Assembly (NCBI GenBank): GCA_021613535.1
Contig: CP075492.1
Coordinates: forward strand, 2,728,001-2,792,000
Length of the DNA stretch: 64,000 bases
Source of the DNA: Adineta vaga
Taxonomy: Eukaryota; Animalia; Rotifera
Reading direction: 5' to 3'
Position numbers and translations under genes: made by a program. The notes below the pieces were generated by a model that worked only from the letters and a program-made list of their open reading frames with translations, did no database searches and was not told the origin of the DNA. Positions 60,732 to 64,000 of this stretch are shown here, one piece after another. Each line of letters begins with the position of its first letter. The stretch's first letter is position 1.

Positions 60732-61989
60732 TCTGTGAAAGATTTATGTTGGTACGTGTTTGTTAGTAATTATAGTTTAAATAATAAGAAATAGTTTGAA
60801 GAATGAAAGCTTGTTTATCTACAAATACATGTATAATAAAATAATAAAAACTTCTATAAGTTATTTTTTACTTCATTCTGTCTACTACTGAAGATGAATA
60901 AGAAAAAAATACTAGTATATGTGAATAAGCTAATATTTTTCTTCCTTTCTATTCGTATCTTGCCTTAACGTATGTGCGCATTCAGAATAAAAAAAAACAA
61001 ATATAATTTTCATGACAACATTACCTACTTCATTCGCCGGCCACTTTTGCGTTCTTCTTTTTTCTTTATTTTCTTGCATAGAAGCGATTGTAATTTCTGT
61101 CACAAAATGGTGTACGACTCCTTTTCAAAATAAATTTGAGAACATTGAATTATAACTCCAGTAGAGGCGGTTCAACACACCACCAAGTATTTGAAGCATT
61201 CGTGAAAAGTTATAATAATTCGACTCAAAAGTACTCATCACTTTATTTGTTTATACGGTGGAAAAATTGAGAATTCAAAGTGGACTGAGTGACAAAAAGA
61301 AGAAGATCAACGAAACTGTTAATATGATATACTAAAAGATAGAGCATGAAACACTGAACAAAATGAGCCAAGATGCGGAAAAGCGGATCCTGAAGCAGCC
61401 ACTTTAAATCGCAGTAAACCGATTAAAATTCATCAGATTCAACAAAAATTCAAGGGAGTTTACGAAAACTTGTTGTGATCCGCCAATATTTACGGTAGTG
61501 TGACGATTTTTGATGGAAGAGATGTATGCGCTGATGGAACTACGTCTTTATTTATTTCTTTCTCGTAAATCGCATCGTTCTGATACAAAACACGCGTTTG
61601 TATACTCGTCCCTACAGAAGAGAATACAAGAAAATATTTTATCAAAGTACATCAGAATGTACAGAAATAAGGATAATCCATTAGATGAGAAAAACCGTAT
61701 CAGGCGTACAGCGCATGTCAGAGAGATTGCCACAGGTAGTTCTTCGAAAACAACATAATTTAGAAAGAACGAAGAACATGGATCCACTTTTCCCCCCTTG
61801 TTCACACCCTCAACGAACACAGAAAAACTTCTTTATAGATAGTGTGTTTCATCATATCATATTTTTACGAACAAGTCGATGTTCAAAAGTGGAATAAAAC
61901 TGTTGTGACAAAAATTGTGAACCATATGTTAGATTTAATCTAAGAGCCGAATAAAAAATACTGCTATGTTGAACATTTTTAATTTCAGT

Positions 61990-63060
61990 TCATCCGAACA
62001 AGAATAAAATCCATCACGTTTATATTCTTCTACTTCAAGCGCTGATGTACATTGTTCATCGGGATGTCGAGCTCTAATTACTGGAGATCGTGCTTGTATT
62101 AATAAACCATTAATATCTTTTATATGTGCTTTGCCATCAGGCCATATAATCTATTTCGCTAATGGAAACGTTCGTTGTCCAAGAGTTTTCAATTTCTCCG
62201 TTGTTTTTGCAGTAACACTATAAATGGTGTAGCTTCATTGCCTCTATTAATAATATCCCATGTATAAGTAGATTTAGTCCTCCTACGTTTTCTATTAGCT
62301 CTAAGTATTTGTGCATCAAGTAGAGGATCATACCAATTGATGATAATTGTGAAAATTATAACTTTCCGTATTTGTATGAATTTGTATTGAATTGTTGAGA
62401 ATACGTTCAGCGAATCCTGATTGATCCCACCAAGTTGCATCCTCAATAAACTGCTGTGAATCATATTCTATAACATATTTTAGTTTATCTATGCAACTGT
62501 TATAACCTAATAGTGAGAGAAAATTTGTTAAGTTATTCTCGCAATTAATCAAATTTGAATGAATTAAATCTTCTGAATCAATCACTTTCAATTTTATAGA
62601 TAAAGTTAACAATGAAATAACTTAATATAGATTGTATCATTTTTATCACTATTTCAATTCGTTCATGTAGATATGGAATATGAAAAGTCGAATTGAGAAA
62701 ATCGTTCTGCTTCATTAAGTCTATTTATACTGATATAGAATCATTACTGAAATAGATTTTCTTTTAAAATAAATATGATTAATATGATGTAAATCAATAT
62801 GTACAACTTGTTTAATTTCTTTTGAACAAATTGATTGATTAGTTAAGTCAGTTGAAAGTGATACAATGTAAATTTGAAGAAATATTTTACTCGTAGAATC
62901 AGATGAAAAATAAGATTGATCATAGTTATATAACAATCATCATTTAATCGAATAATTCGAATATTTCCTATTCTTCTGATGATAATCCATTAAATATATT
63001 TCATCAAACCAGAACCATCATGGATCCAAATGACATGACTTATTTATGTAACATTTTGGA
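61990..63060 (-). pseudogene. Possible decayed coding sequence, unidentified
   Basis: Overlapping, frameshifted protein-like ORF fragments on one strand (62189-62464, 62328-62612, 62721-62936); no recognised motif. Confidence 0.3.
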
Positions 63061-64000
63061 TAAGAAGATACGTTGAATAGTTCTTCATGTACAGATTACA
63101 ATTTCAAATTACGATAACTGTGAGTTCTGTCCAAAAGAGGTGATGAGAATAACAAGAGAGTTATATGGATGATTAGAACTAAATGTAATGTTACTATACT
63201 GTAAGAAAACTACAGAAAACGTCCAGCTACAATAATTGAATATATTATCTGAAATTGATTAGATTAATATCAGTTATAGACGTTTAAATAACACATCAAA
63301 TAAATACAAGAAATATATATTCAGTCATAATTTGAAAATTGAAGACTTGCGGTGTTTAAACGATCTAAACTACCTCATAAGTTGTATTAAGACTTACAAA
63401 AAGCTTTTTTCATCACTTACTAACATCACAATGAGGAATAGTATTGAAAAGATTCTTATTCTTACGTCTTTATCAAAAACATAGATAATAAAAAAAACTA
63501 TTATAGACAATTGTTTTGATATTATTCTGAAGAAATCAGTTATACAAGTAAAAGAAACGGAAAAAGGAAATCATGATCTTTATTTTTATGAGTCATCAGA
63601 ATGATAAAAAAATGAATAGAAGCAACACTATACACTATGATGTCTATTACTCTTTGATTGTAGTGTGTGCATGAACGGAGATTGATAAAGCAGGGTTTAA
63701 ACTGTATATTGAAATTTTCAAATCGGGTTGGATGTTTTTAGAATCATATTCATACGAGTATTGAAATAAAATTTCCACAGGTACTTCTTGCTATCGATTA
63801 AAATTGTAAATGTCTCTGTATGGTATGTTGATATTGAAGAATAGATTTATGAAATGCTGTTCTATAAAATTTCGATGGTAATATGAAAATAATAAATGTA
63901 AGCATAGGTGGAATAAATGAAATAAAATAACCCATAAGAAATAACCATGCATCATGATTTGATTTCATACATTTTGATGTAAAAGAAATAATTAAACGTG

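Overview
AT-rich eukaryotic (animal) DNA with many short (~45-65 nt) GT-AG introns and gene families typical of bdelloid rotifers (ART-TPR proteins, NHL/kelch repeats, orphan class A GPCRs, TGTGGG/TGAGGG telomere-like motifs); the host assignment is inference. The first 11.8 kb is the 3' part of one intron-free, bacterial-type hybrid NRPS-PKS: (A)-T-C-A-T-C-A-T-KS-AT-[degenerate beta-lactamase/PBP-like]-ACP-TauD/SyrP-like dioxygenase. It has no thioesterase and is split into two ORFs only by a 1-nt frameshift at ~6833. The rest of the window mixes animal genes with likely horizontally acquired or defence-related genes. These include a CASTOR/POLLUX-like channel, a STELLO-like protein, a CE4 polysaccharide deacetylase, an ASABF-type antimicrobial peptide, an Rnl2-type RNA ligase, a P-loop GTPase, an Ig/YfaP chimera, a fungal-type sulfate permease and an ADP-ribosyltransferase-TPR cluster. 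There is also an intact 323-bp hAT MITE, an XRN pseudogene and a head-to-head pair of unknown paralogs. Several 1-2 nt frameshifts in otherwise intact genes may be assembly errors. All calls come from motif recognition by eye; no searches were run.
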